Shown here piece after piece: positions 47,850 through 62,192 of a stretch of DNA of 64,000 bases (positions are counted from its first letter, which is position 1; every line of letters begins with the position of its first letter). The DNA is from Hormiphora californensis. Its lineage: Eukaryota > Animalia > Ctenophora. The position numbers and the translations under genes are program-made. A model generated the notes under the pieces. It saw only the letters and a list, made by a program, of their open reading frames with translations, did not search any database and was not told the DNA's origin. The DNA lies in NCBI GenBank assembly GCA_020137815.1, contig CM035361.1, positions 5,084,001-5,148,000 on the forward strand, read 5' to 3'.

Positions 47850-49607
47850 TCGTAGCCCCTAATCGATCATGGGATGAGGGTCTCATAATTCGTAGGTAAT
47901 TTCGTACAAATTTAAGGTGCTGGTGAAGAATAAAACATTGCTCAGAACATTCTGGGGTAAGGGCGTGGCTCTGGCATTTCCATATAAGGATTGTTGCAGT
48001 TTTGCCGCCAACTTCAGAACGTACGACTTTCTACCCGCGCGCGCATCTACATCACTGCTTGGAAATCGCATTTTAACACATGGGATACATCGCGCGTTAC
48101 GTTTATGTGTCTTTCACGGCTCTGGTCTACATAACATGGATAACGTTGTTTGGTACCCTGGGGCACTGGGCATGTAGGGGAAGGGGGGCAGGGTCCCACC
48201 TCTTTCAAAACTTCCCCTACATGCCTGGCACTGGGCAGCAGCCAGCAGGGGGCCCCGAGCGGGGAACAGGACCAAGGTAAAGACCCGGGGCGTGGGTAAA
48301 CAGGGTCTTATTTTGTGCTAAGCTTTCTGAATTCTGCTACTTCATAAAGCGGCACGTAATATTTGGCGAAGTAAGAAGATGAAAGAGGGTCGAGCAAGGC
48401 AACCCATATTTCGGGTATAGTCGGACCCCGATTTACCGGGCCTCGATTTACCGGAACTCCGATTTACCGGGCAAAATGGCTTCCCCCAAAGATCCCGGTA
48501 AATTGGGGTCCGACTGTATTATGTAACTAATTGCCACAATGCCACAGCTCAGAGTCAGCGTTCAGTAAATTCACGTACCTCATCGTTGCATGCAAGGCCA
48601 GGGAGGATACCACAGCGCTGTTCCGAAATAAAAGAACACATGGGGTTCAATTATATCTGTTACAGATATACTACCCCACCAGCCTCCACCATCTCATCGA
48701 AAGGGTTCAATTATCATTTTCACCTAATTGTGCAATGTGCGGAATTGGTACTCGTCATTTCTGTGTAATTGATGAAATTCATAACTAGCTAGAATGGGAA
48801 TTGATGGGCGATTAGAGAGGTTTATAAAACTGTTGATGGGGATTGGGGAGATTTATTTGGGGACGAGCATCTGATAAATGTTATGGGATGCTTGATAAAG
48901 GAAGTCGAGAAGTGTTTGTCATAAATGTATAACAAACAAAAGTCGAGATTTGTTTGTTAAACTCAATGCTAACTGCTAAGTCGAAAAGCTAATTAGTCGT
49001 AGTGATTGATCAGTGTCTTTGGATAAGGGGCTATGGAAAATGTAGAAGAAAAACGAAACGTCAAAACAAGAGAAAAATGGTATAAAGTATAAACTAGACC
49101 TTAAAAACTTCCGTTGTTTTTAATTTGTATAAACTATAAATGTTTATCAATTTTTTTTCACACAACTCGCACATTGTAATGTTATGTTCCCTCCCATTAC
49201 ATTTGGCGCCCGAAACACAGTCTAGCCAGGCAACACACGTAAATGACTTTTGCTGCATTATACTGTACAACAGTTGAAAACTTGCCAAGCTAGTCTGCCT
49301 TTCGCGTGGGTTACAACATAACAATTGAAAACATACAGCGGGCAGATCTCGGGGTGAAGAGTCAATTGTTAACTATTATAATGAGATCTGATCAGGATCA
49401 GTGGGATACCCTGTACATTGCTCAAACCTATTTTAACCTGATCAGATCTCATTATAATAATGGTAATCAAATTTCAAACTCAAAAATATAAACACTCTTA
49501 CATCTAGAATGGACAGCTTGAACTTCTTCGGATTAGCAATGGCGGCGAAGTTAATGACTTTTTCTGCATTATGAGAACCTGTTGGGAGGAAGTTGTGTTA
49601 ATATAAA

Positions 49608-49845
49608 GTGAGAGGTGCACGAAAAACTTAAGTGTTCCTTGGATCAAATAAACAAGTTGGTGAAGGTCCCATGCTTCTAACTTGTGTTTGAAGCTTGCAC
49701 GTGCATGTGCGTTCCTAGTTATGAAGGAATTTCAAACACAACATAGAGACGTTATCTTTTCACCAAACTTTTAATTGGATACCAAGGATGTAACAAACAA
49801 TTAGTTCAGACATTATTCAAAATTTCGTTTTTGTGCACCTCTCAC
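49608..49845. mobile_element. MITE-like inverted-repeat element
   Basis: GTGAGAGGTGCACGAAAA ... TTTTTGTGCACCTCTCAC. Confidence 0.5.
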
Positions 49846-50859
49846 GGTATCTTCCGGCTGTTCATACTGTCGATAAGACCTCGAATATCATTTTAATATT
49901 ATAATTGATGGTCAGGTACAATTGGAACACGATTTACCGGAACCCCAATTCAACGGAATTCCGATTTACCGGACGGTTAAAATTTCCTCGAAATAAGGAG
50001 TTTACAATATTTTAGCCCGATTTACCAGTTAGAACGCTAGATTATTTTCCCTGGGCATCCTGGTAAATCAGGGTCCGACTGATATTATTATTAATAATTT
50101 ACCTTAGATCTTTCAGCCAGCCTTTTCATCTGATCTCTCTGCATTACATTGTTCTTGTTTTCCTTGTTCAACAAGTTTTCCTTGTTCAACAAGTTGTTGT
50201 CACCTAACCTTTCTTTAGCCAACTCCAGGCTGCACGAAAGGCCGGCAAACTTGGTTTTAGACATACGGTGCAGATAACTGTGTAAAATCCATGGTATAAA
50301 TGTTCGATTTAAAAGAGAAAGGGAGTGAGAAGAAATGCTGTATAGATAGAGCGATAGCTATAGCTAGTCGCTAGAGATAGAGAGAGAAGAGAGAGAGAGA
50401 TCTTTATCATCTTAATTATTTGGTGTGAGGTTTATCGATACCTCTACTCACGTACTGGGACCTTTAACTCTAACTGAATGCAGCACAGTAAAGCAGCCAT
50501 CAACTGTAAAATCTACTGATAATGGGACACCATCCCTGATATACATGGAGAGATAGCTATAGATAAGTTTTTTTAATTTTTTTCAACATTTCAGCTCAAA
50601 TAGTTCAGAGGTAAAGATTTGTTGGCAAGAACAAGAAAGTGCACAACTACAAAACAAAACCACTCTAAGTAACGAATGTTAGTGAGAGAGAATGGCGGAG
50701 GGAGGAAGGTGATTTATGAGAAGTTTTTGCAGAGAGGAGAGGTTGATGAGAGAGAGATCCATCATTCTCATGCAAGTGTAAAGTGGATGGGTCCCCGAGG
50801 ACTGTGTTCGGGTGTGGGGCATAGTTGGGGGGCCCCTTGTGTGAGCCAGTGGGTGCACC

Positions 50860-53800
50860 CCGGGTGGCAGTCTAGGGCAAGTAGCGGCGGCACGTTATCG
50901 TGTTTGTTTTTTGTTTGTTCTTTTTTGGCGTTTTTTGTTTCTCTGTCCGTGTCGTTTTTTTTTCGTTCTTTTGATTTTTTTGTCTGTTCGTTGTTTTTTT
51001 GCGTGTCAGTTGTTTTATTTGTTTTCCCGTGGCGTTTTTTTTGTATTTGTTACGTCTTGGTTGTCTCGTTGTCGTGTTTTGTTTTATCGGCGTTCGTTTT
51101 TGTTATTTTTACGTTTTCGTTCGTTTTTTGTTGTTTTTTTTTGTTTTCGTTGGGTTTTTTTGTTATTGTTTCGTTTTTTTTTTTGTTCGGCGTCTCGTAT
51201 TAGTGTTTCGTTTTGTGTTTTTTTTTTTTATGTCTGGTCGGCGTTTTTTCCGTTTCTTTTTTTAGTTTTCGGCCGTCTATATCGTTTTAGGTCGTTTGTC
51301 TATAGGGTGTGACTGTCTGCTCGTGATTGTTGTGAATAGCTTGAGCTAGCTTTTTTAGGGGGGCTACTCCACCCTCACCTCCTCCCTTCTCAACCTTGCA
51401 CCAAAATTCCACCCCCTAAAGCTCTTCCTTCTTTTCTTGCGGACTCCTTCTCCCTCATTCCCTCAATGAGGGGGGCTCTTTCATCATTCGGCCTCCTGGG
51501 CCCTCCTGGGGGCTCCTGGGGTGGGGAAACAAGAAAAATAGAGAATGAAAAAAAAAATCAACATAGCAAAAACTAATAGCTTACTACAACAAAGGAATAT
51601 ACTACAAAACAGAAACAGAAAACGAAACTATATAGAAAATAAATAAAACACACACCAAATAACCATAAATAAAAAGGAGAATAACAAAATAATCAAAAAT
51701 GTAGAAAAAAAGACTAACAAAAGAAAAAATAATACCTAGAAACCAAAACGACACACTATTAAAAAGAAAAATAAAAACACTGAAGCTAGAAGGAAGGAAT
51801 AAAGGCAATCGAAAAAGCAACCAAAAATTAAAAAAAGAATACAGATTTAACATAAAAGTAATAGTCATGAAAATAAGGAAATAAAAAAAAACATATAAAA
51901 AAATAAGGAAAAGATAAATATAAAAGATAAAGAAATATCCCATAAATACCAGAGATAGTAAAAACAAGAACAAAGGAGGAAAAAATAATATAGATAAAGT
52001 ACATAACACAAAAAAGAAATAAATAAAAAGAACAAGAAGGAAAAAGAAATATAATTACACAGCTAAAAAATACATAAAGAAAACAAAGAAATAAAGGCCC
52101 CAGGTAAAAGAAAAAGATAATATAAATGGACAAAAAGGAGCACTAAGACGAAATTTGATATAGTCTTTATGGTACATACAAGAGAGGAAAAAAGCAAAAA
52201 AAAAAGGAAAAAAAATTCAAGAAGAACAAAAGAAAACACAATTTAAACAAACACAAAATCACAAAAGCGTAAGAAAGCAGAAAAAAAAAATTAGGACTTA
52301 ATAGAGGACAAAAAATAAACAAGATAATCGAAACTAGTCTTAAAAGAAAGCATAACGAAGGAACGAAGAAAAAAAAAAAACAGAAGTAAGGAAGAAAAAT
52401 TAATAGGATCTATAGGCATAAGACATGAAAGCATACTAAAAACACCACATAGAAGAAAACAATCAAAAGTCCTATAAAAGAAACCCAAAAAATAAAAAAA
52501 ATAATAAAATAAGACCAAAAAAATTTAAGAAAGGACAAAAGGAATAACGACAAATAAATAGGACACAATAAAACCGAAAAAATAAAAAATAACTTTTAAA
52601 TCAAACATACAAAATAAAAAACACAGGTAAGGGAATCTAAAAAGAAGAACACCCGACTAAAAATAGACTAAAATAGGCATTCATCAAAGGAAGAAAAAAA
52701 GTAAAAAGGCCAAAAAAAAACACATTGAGAAAAAACGAGAAAAACAGCAGGAAGAACAAAAAAGGTAAGGCAGAACATACACAGAACAAACACACGATAG
52801 AAAGAACCAAGCAAGAAGAAAAAATAAACTTCAGGAAGCAGACGTAAGGGAATGCAGCTAAATTAATTAGGAAGGAGAGAGGGACAGTGAATTAAAATAA
52901 AGGAAACCAGTAGGGCATTTAAAAAGGAGCAAGAAAACAAGAACGAGGAACAAAAAAATAAAGAAAAGCTCAAAAAAAAACAGGGAAAAGAAAGAAAAAA
53001 TAAAGTGCAAAAAATAAAGATTAGAAAGACAGGAGGCTAAAAGGAAGACATAAGAAACTAAAAAAGATATAAACAACGAAAGCAGCCTGGATACAGAATA
53101 AAAAACGAAGGGAATACATAAATCATGATAATAAAAGATAAATAAAACAAAATGAATAAAAAAAAAATCCAAAAATCCAAAAAAGAACGTACAAAACCTG
53201 AAGTAGAATATCAGGATAAAAAAAGATAGGTACAAAACTTAGGGGAGGCGGGGTTTTGGGGTTGGTTCTTTATAGATTAGTCTTTTTAGATTATTATAGT
53301 GTTTTAGATCTCATCTCTCATCAATAACATGATGAAAGCAACTCGAACTATACCAGGGGGTTTTTTCATTCCCGGGCCATCTCTCCATGTGTGAGAAAGA
53401 GAAGAAAGAACGAAAGAGTCGGTGAAAAGAGGTAAATGAGGCATTAAAAAACTCTTGGACCTGGAGCACGTTTTCGCGTCTCGTTCGCGTCGTTATTTCA
53501 GATATGATTATGATGAATGATATGATGGTAGATATGATATATGAATCATGGGATTGGATAACTTTCCTCCCCGCCCCCCCCCCACTACAGTCCACGCGCC
53601 GCCATGGAGAAGTTAGATTGCGAGTTTATCCGCGCTGGCGGATAAAACTGGTTTAAATCACGACGAGACCCGCAGGCGGAAGCGAGGCGAGGCGAGCCGA
53701 GGGAGAGAGAGATGAGAGGTTAGAGGCGGAGGGGTTTTTTATTTGTTTTAAACCTTATAAACCTTTATAATATTAACGTGACTGCCAGTGTCAGATCAGA

Positions 53801-54747
53801 GAGTTTATGGGGTTATATTACCCGTGCTTTAGTTTGTTTATTCAAGTTATTACACCACAAACCAAGAAGCAAGAGATGGAGAAAACAAACAAAAAAAGAG
53901 AAAAAAACAAGAAAGAAAAAAACACTAATCAAAACACACAAAGAGAAAAAAATGATAAGGGAAGAACTGAGAAAAAATCTTAATATATAAACAATAAAAT
54001 TAAATAAAAAATAAATAAAATTATACAAAAATATAAAAAAAATAAAAAATAAAATAAATAAAATATCAAATAAGAATAGGTCGTTTAGAAATTCAATAAC
54101 ACAATTAAATAGTTAAAAAAAAAAAATAAAAAAAAATAAAAAAATAAAAAAAAAATGAAAAACAAAAAATAAAAATTGAAAAATAAAATATAAAAAAATA
54201 GTACGGAGACAAATATAAAAAAATAAAAATAAAATATAAAATAGAAAAAAAAAAATTAAAAAAAATATTAAATATGAAAAAATTTAAATGAAAATAAATA
54301 GTTTAGTTAGTTAATAAAAAAATAATAGGATAGAATAGTAAATTAAAAATAAAAAAAAATAAAATAGGTTTTGTTAATTTAAATAAAATAAAAAAAAAAT
54401 AATCTCAAAAAAAAAAAATAGAAATAAATACTTATTTAAAATAAAAAATAAAATAAATATAATAGTAGTTTTAAAATATAAAATATCAAAAATAAAAAAC
54501 TAGAAGGGTTAAAACAAAAAATAAAAATAAAATCTAAATCAAAAAATAAAATATAAAAATAAATTAGTTCGACAAAATGAAAAAAAAAAAAAAATAGTTT
54601 TTAGAATTAAACAAAAATAATATTAGAAAAACTAGTAATAATAAAAAAAAAAAATAAAAAAAAAAAAGTCAATAAAATAGTTTATAAAAATTAAAAAAAG
54701 AAAAAAAAAAAAAATAAAAACAAAAAAAGAAAAAAAAAAAAAAAAAC

Positions 54748-54785
<38 letters not shown>

Positions 54786-57700
54786 AAAAAATTAATAAAT
54801 AAAAATAAAATAAAAATAAAAAAAAATAGTTGGGGTTTTTTTAGTTTTTTTACGCAAACAAAAAAAAAAAAAAATAAAAAAAATAACAAATAAAATAAAA
54901 AAAAAAAAAAATATTAAAAAAAAAAGAAATAAAAAAAAAAAAAAAAAAAAAATAAAAAAATATTAAAATTTATATAAAAAATAGAAAATAGAAATAATTA
55001 ATAAAAAATTTTTAGGTTTAATTAAAAGAAATAAAAAAAAAAAAATAAACGGTATGTCTAAAATTTTAAGTTAAAACACGTCCACAATTGAGGGTGGGTG
55101 TTTTTCTGGGGTATTGGTGGTTGGGGGGGGTTGTGTGCTGGGAAGTGAGGGTGTGGAGTGGTTTTTTTGTTTTATGTGGTTATTGTGTGGAGTGGTGGGT
55201 GGGTGTTCGTTTGTGTTTTTATTTTTAATTTTTTTTGGTTGGTTTTTTATTTTTGGGTTGTTTAGTTTGTACTATTTTATTTTAGTTTAGTATTTGGGTG
55301 GTAGGTTTTTTTTGTGTTGTAGTTGTATTTTTTTTTATATCTAAATTTATATAATAATTTATTAAATTATAAAACAATTATAAATTTAAAAAAATAATTA
55401 TATAAAATTAAAATAATTTTTTTTTTTTTTTTTTTTTTTTTAATAAAAAAATATTTAGATTATAATATTATAAAAAACACAATAATAATAAACATTAAAT
55501 TAATAAATTAATAAAAATTATAATTTAATAATTTGAAAATATTATAATTATTAAAAAACAAATATAAATTATAATAATATATAAATATAATTACAAAATA
55601 AATTATTTTAAATAATTTATATTAATTAAATAAATATCTAAAATATAACTAATCAAATTATATAATATAATATATAAATACATATATAAACAAATCTAAT
55701 AAAAATTATACTTAGATAAATTCCATTAAATTAATAATATATAATCAAATTATTTAAAAGAAATATCAGTTAATAAATTTTTATTACGTTTGTAACGTTA
55801 CTAGCAGTTGCTAAGGAAAGAGAGGGAAAAGAGAAAGAGAAAAAATGAAAAAAAAAAAAAAAAACAAAAAAAAAAAAAGAGAATAGACTGAATTGATAAG
55901 CGAGGCATGTATGTCACAATAACACAGAGACTAAAAGACGAGAGAGAAAGAAAAGAAAGAGATAGTGGAGACAAAAAGCCGGGGAGATAACAGAGAGAGT
56001 AATAATATTATATTTGATGTCGGAACATGACGGAAGGTGTTCGATTTCTTTCTCTCAAATGTAGTGTCTGTAAGTGTTGAACATAGGTCTCTGTATTTTA
56101 GTAGAACTGATCCATTTACATACACTTGATTGAATGTACGTAGGATGTTAAAAATTAATTAAAATAACCTGCCAGTGGGAAAAAAAAAAAATAAATCTTC
56201 CTGCGCTGGAACTCTGGCTGTTACATGACTTGAAGCGCGCTCCACTAGGTAGGAGGTGCTGGGAAGGCGCCATTTAATTTATTATCCATAAATTTTATTA
56301 TTTTTATATTTATTATTTAAGTTAAAGCGGGGGCAAGGATATAGATCTTTCACTCTCACCTAACCCAAAACATGTTTCAGGATCACAATATTAGATCGGG
56401 TTTATTTGATCACAATCACCCACCGTTTTTTTCAGTTTCCGCTTACCTGTTCTAGATAGTGACATTGACTCAGTGTGCGAGTTGCAGTATGCACTCCTTC
56501 TCTGTTCTAGTTCCCGTTTCAGGAGGCAGTTTCTTTTGATCTACCCTTTTCTTCCCAGTATTTGTTGTCATCCGGTTCGTTTCGTCGTCCTGCCTGTTTT
56601 TTAGGAGGTATTTCTCCAGACAGTGAGTCCTTCAGTGGGGGATCCTTGCTCTCGGTTCCGCTTGGGATCAGCCGCGTTTTCTTCTCCCTGGTCACGTGGT
56701 ATGCTTCTGTTTCTTATCTTGTCTGGATCTCCAGCTGCTCTTTCTACGGTCTCTCTCTTCTTATTTTACCTCTTTTCTTTTTATTGGATATGGAGATTAA
56801 CATTGGTCCGACCTGGTACTAAACTAATTATTTGGAGGTCAAGACTAATTGGTTTCTTCGCACTGATATTCCAGGGCCGGCTTCGGTTTCATCACTTTTC
56901 CTGGAGCGGAGTCCCAGTGTTCTCTCAGCTTATCTTTTCCAGTTATCTCTCCTGTCAACCTTTTTATCGCATCTTACTCTAATGGGGCCAATCTACTATC
57001 TGACAGGTTTGGATGTAAACCCAATTGGAGTATGGAGTTTATCATCGCGTTTGGTACTAATCTTATTATTTGGAGGCATCGTCTAATTGGTTTCTTCACT
57101 CTGGACTTCGGACCCGGCTTCCTTTTCGACCTCCTCTCTCCCTCTCCATCCCCCCTCTCTCCTCTCTCTCTCTCTCTCTCTCTCCTACTTTTGTTTTCCC
57201 CCCCCGCCCCCCCCCCCGCGGGGGGGCCCGGGGGGGGTTACTTTCCCTTTTTCCCAAAACCCCCTTTTGGAAATTTTCCTTCTTCAAAAAAGTGTTTGGG
57301 GCCTTTCTTTTGGGGGGTATTTTTTGGGGACCGGGTTTTTTAAAAAAAATTTAAAAAAAAGTTCGTTGGATTCCCGCGCTTTTTTCGGTTTTTTTTTTTT
57401 TTTTTTTTTTAAATTTTTATTACTTGCCCCTTATAAATTTTTTTGGGTTTTTCTTTGGGTTTTTTCCCCCTTTTTTTTTTTCCCCCTTTTCGTTTTATTT
57501 TTTTTTCCCTTTTTTCCCTTATTTTTTTTGTTTTTCCCCAAATTTTTAAACCCTTCGGTTTATTACCCTTTTGGGGGGTAAATTTTGGGGTTAAATTTTT
57601 TTTTCTTTTTATTTTTTTTCCCCCCGGGGAAAGGTTTTTTTAATTTGGAAAAAACCCCTTTAGGGCCCCCCCCTTTTTAAACCTTTTCCCCCCCCCCCCA

Positions 57701-59070
57701 AAACCCTTTTCCCCTAAAGGCCCCCTTTTTTTTCCCTTTTTTCCTCCCCCTTAAACCGCCCTTCCCCCCCCCCCCCCCTTTTCCCTTCCCTTTTTCCCCG
57801 CCCCCCCTTTTTTTCCCCAAAACCCCCCCTTTTCCCCCCGGGGGGGTTTTTTTGGGGGGGGTTTTTTGGGGGGGTTTTTTTTCCCTTTCCCCTTTTTTTT
57901 TCCCCCCTTTTTCCCCCCTTTTTTTTTCCCCCCCTCTTCCTTTTTCTTTCCCCCCCCTTTTTTTGTTTTTAAAACTTTTTTTTTTTTTGGGGGGGTTTTT
58001 TTTTTAAATTACTTTTGATGGGAAACCCCCTTTTTCCGGGGGTTTTTTTTCTTTGGGGGGGTTTTTTCTTTTCCCCTTTTTTTAAAAAATTTTTCCGTTC
58101 AAACCCTTTCCCCTTCCCCCCTTTTTTTTTTTCCCCCCTTCCCTTGTTTTTTTTTATTTTTTTTTCCTTTCCCCTTTCCCTTATTTTTTCCCTCTTTTAC
58201 CGGTTTTTTCCTTTTCCCCCCCCCTCCCTCCCCCAACCCACAAGGGGAAACCCCCCGCCCATCCCTTTTCCCCCTTCCCCCCCCCTCCTTTTTTCTTGGC
58301 CCCCCCTCTTTCCCCCTTCCCCCCCCCTTTCCCCCCCAATTTTTTTTTTTCTTTTCCCCCCCCTTTTTTTTTCCCTTAAACCCCTTTCCCTTTTTCCCCC
58401 CTGCCCCCCCCCCCAAAACCCCCGGGGGGAAAAAAAACCCTTTTCCCCAACCCCCCCTTTTCCCCAAATTTTTTTGGGTCCCCGGGGTCCGGCCCCCCGG
58501 GGACCCCCCGAAACCCACCTTTAAAACCCCTTTTTTTTATAATCAAATTTTTTTTATTTTCAAAAAACAAAAAAATTTTTTATCCATTAAAACCCCCCCC
58601 CCCTTTCCCCCCCTTTTCCCCGGGTTTTTTTTAAAAACCCCTTTTTCCCCCCCCAATATTTTTCCAAATTTCCCTTTTTTTTTCCCTTTTTAAAAAAATT
58701 TTTAAAACTGGGGGGTTTTTTTTTAAAAATTTTTCCCCCCTTTTTTTCCCCCATTTTTAAAAACCTCTTAAAACTTTTACCCCCCGGGTTTCCCATTAAA
58801 CGCGCCCCATTTCCCCCGGGGAATTTAACTTCAAAAAGGGGGGGGAGGGAAAAAAGGGGAAAACCCCCCTTTTGGGTGAAAAGAAATTTTTAAACTTTCC
58901 CTTTCCCCTTCCCTTTTTTTTCTTGGTTTGTTTTCTCCCCTTTTTTTTTTTAAAATTTTCCCTTTCCCTTTTTTTTGGGGTTTTAACCTTTTTCACCAAA
59001 AAAAATTTTAAATTTTTAATTTTTTTTTGATTTTCCTTCCTTTTCCCCTTTTTTTAAAAAATCGGGTTTT
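50860..59070. other. Mostly low-quality/low-complexity sequence (T-rich, A-rich and homopolymer-run blocks)
   Basis: Extreme strand skew and inflated homopolymers typical of unpolished long-read consensus; 55.8-57.1 kb looks more normal. Confidence 0.75.
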
Positions 59071-59364
59071 TTCTCGTCCGTCTCTTCTCTCTCGTCTGCT
59101 CGTCTTCTTGGTCTCCCATCTCTCCTCTGTGCGCCTTTTTTTTCTCTCCTCTCCTCTCATCTCACGTCTGCCGGTGCTGTCCTCTCTCTCATCCGTCTTC
59201 TCTCTCGTCTTTCTCTGCTCGTGGTCTGTCTCTTTTCTCGGCTCCACGGTCTCTCTCTCTCTCTCACTGTTTCGCACTGTTTCCCCCTTTCTGCCAGACA
59301 TAATAATGAGATCTAACTGTCGAGAATATGACCTGATAAGCTCTTTAGGGATATGTGCATTTTT

Positions 59365-59738
59365 TCCTTTACTGTCCTTCCCTGTCCCTAATGTCCTTCC
59401 CTGTCCTTTACTGTCCTTCCCTGTCCTTCCCTGTCCTTAATGTCCTTTACTGTCCTTTACTGTCCCTAATGTCCTTCCCTGTCCCTAATGTCCTTAATGT
59501 CCTTCCCTGTCCTTGAGTGTCCTTCCCTGTCCTTTACTGTCCTTCCCTGTCCTTAATGTCCTTTACTGTCCCTAATGTCCTTCCCTGTCCCTAATGTCCT
59601 TAATGTCCTTAATGTCCTTCCCTGTCCTTTACTGTCCTTCCCTGTCCTTAACTGTCCTTCCCTGTCCTTCACTGTCCTTCCCTGTCCTTCCCTGTCCTTC
59701 CCTGTCCTTCCCTGTCCTTAACTGTCCTTAACTGTCCC
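59365..59738 (+). repeat. ~10-bp minisatellite (TGTCCTTCCC/TGTCCTTTAC/TGTCCCTAA)
   Basis: Direct tandem array. Confidence 0.9.
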
Positions 59739-60252
59739 TAGCTGTGTTAATTGCCTTCGATATTGTTCACTATAGCATTAGAAACTTTGATTCTCATTTA
59801 TCCACATCGATTGAGTAAGTTATATGACCATAACATTACAGCTAGAGATCGACATCAACCAAACAGGACAATTTCTGAGCATAAATTAACTCAACCGACA
59901 ACCGGTGTGGATAGCGTCACTTTACTATCGAGAGGATTTTAGCGGAAAAACGAAGTTATCCACACTTGTTGAGTATCGAATTGGAGCTAATCCAGCGTGT
60001 CCATCGATTACGTATCGATTAGGAACATTTTGCAAGTTGTGTAACGAAATTGTGGATAATTTTCGCATCGTCAACTTCAAGTTTGGGAGGCTGTGTATCC
60101 ACCATGGTTGAGTAAAATTTACTTAACCGTATGTGCAGAGCAGACTTTTTTGACCGTGACCAACAGAAACAAAAAAGGAAACAAATGAATGGGTAAGAAC
60201 CTGACAGGGATCAGAGAAAAAAAGGAAACAAATGAATGGGTAAGAACCCGAA

Positions 60253-60333
<81 letters not shown>

Positions 60334-60477
60334 CCAGAGACAGAAAAGGAGGGAGAGAAAACTGAATTCCTCAAGCAAGTGGGAATATGTGCCAAATGCC
60401 ATGTTACGAGTTACAATCTTGAATCTAATAATCGGAGAGTGAGATAAAGTCATCAGGTCCGAAGAGAGGAGAGGAAG

Positions 60478-60516
<39 letters not shown>

Positions 60517-60522
60517 AGAGAG

Positions 60523-60691
<169 letters not shown>

Positions 60692-60724
60692 AGAGAGAGA
60701 GAGAGAAGAGAGAGAGAGGAGGTA

Positions 60725-60774
<50 letters not shown>

Positions 60775-60820
60775 GAGAGAGAGAGAGAGAGAAGAGGAGA
60801 GAGAGTAGAGTAGAGAGAAG

Positions 60821-60870
<50 letters not shown>

Positions 60871-60942
60871 GAGAGAGATGAGGAGAGAGAGAGAGAAGAG
60901 CGGAGAGAGAGGAGAGAGAGAGAGAGAGAGAGAGAGTAGAGT

Positions 60943-60985
<43 letters not shown>

Positions 60986-61077
60986 TTTTTTGTGAACCAT
61001 TTAATTGTAACGTGTCACCACCCCCCCCCCCTAATTAGTGCTTGGGGTCACTCTTCATATATGAAGTTTATATATAT

Positions 61078-61283
61078 ATTATACCAAAACTAATTGAAAT
61101 TAGTAGGCCGGAAAGGTTGCCCTATGATTTGAGCTACCTTTGCCACCGTAACATTCACGGGGTAAAAACAGGGTATAACAGATGCTTCGTCTATCTTCAA
61201 AAGGAAATGTACTGGTGCCAAAGGTAGCTCAAATCATAGGGCAACCTTTCCGGCCTACTAATTTCAATTAGTTTTGGTATAAT
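61078..61283. mobile_element. ~200-bp MITE with ~65-bp TIRs
   Basis: ATACCAAAACTAATTGAAATTAGTAGGCCGGAAAGG... and its exact reverse complement. Confidence 0.75.
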
Positions 61284-61467
61284 TTGCATTATTTTTGGGA
61301 TTTTTTATCCATTTAGATGTAGTAGAACAAGTACGGAGAGGATGGAATCGCTAAGTTGAATTTTTTCATTTTTGACGTCATTTTGACGTCATAAAATGAC
61401 GTCACGACGTCAACATTTTGACGTCATATCATCGGGATTACCTAGATGAAGATACTGACCAAGTTTG

Positions 61468-62192
61468 ACCTACCACTTGTAATACGTTTCTCGCTTGTTA
61501 TTCTTGTCAATTTGGTCTGGAAATGGCATCTCATTTCCCCTTTCTAACTCTACTAATTCTCTTTGTTCACTTCACAATCCCTTCTGAATGTTCCCCCTGC
61601 AGTCCCTAGCAATTATCAGAGTGATTACGTCTCGTTGTTTTGTCCCGTCCCCTCTCTTCTTGTTGAGTTCCCCCTTACTCAACAACTCTCTTCAGATCAA
61701 ATCTCACACTTAGCACTCTTCTCTATTCTCTCCCTGTTTCATTCCCATGGCAACGCCTCCAAATGTATCGATCATGTCTTTGGAGATATTACACCACCAG
61801 CAGCCACTGTGTGGCGCGCATTTCCTGTTAATTTGCGCGGCTCAAACAGCTCTGAATCTTCAAATGCAATCCCTGGTTTGATAAAGGAGCACACTGCGGT
61901 ATCCTGATGCATAGCAACTTCATTCTACACCTACCACTTGTAATACGTTTCTCGCTTGTTATTCTTGTCAATTTGGTCTGGAAATGGCATCTCATTTCCC
62001 CTTTCTAACTCTACTAATTCACTTTGTTCACTTCACAATCCCTTCTGAATGTTCCCCCAGCAGTCCCTAGCAATTATCAGAGTGATTACGTCTCGTTGTT
62101 TTGTCCCGTCCCCTCTCTTCTTGTTGAGTTCCCCCTTACTCAACAACTCTCTTCAGATCAAATCTCACACTTAGCACTCTTCTCTATTCTCT
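61468..62192 (+). repeat. ~263-bp direct repeats (61468-61731, 61929-62192)
   Basis: Near-identical copies offset by 461 bp. Confidence 0.85.

Noticed and set aside
48577-50505. Possible small minus-strand exons (also 38301-38375)
   Set aside because: Plausible splice signals, but the frame is ambiguous and no protein family is recognisable; not called.
50676-58999. Phe-, Lys-, Pro- and Gly-rich ORFs
   Set aside because: They derive from low-quality homopolymer-rich sequence.
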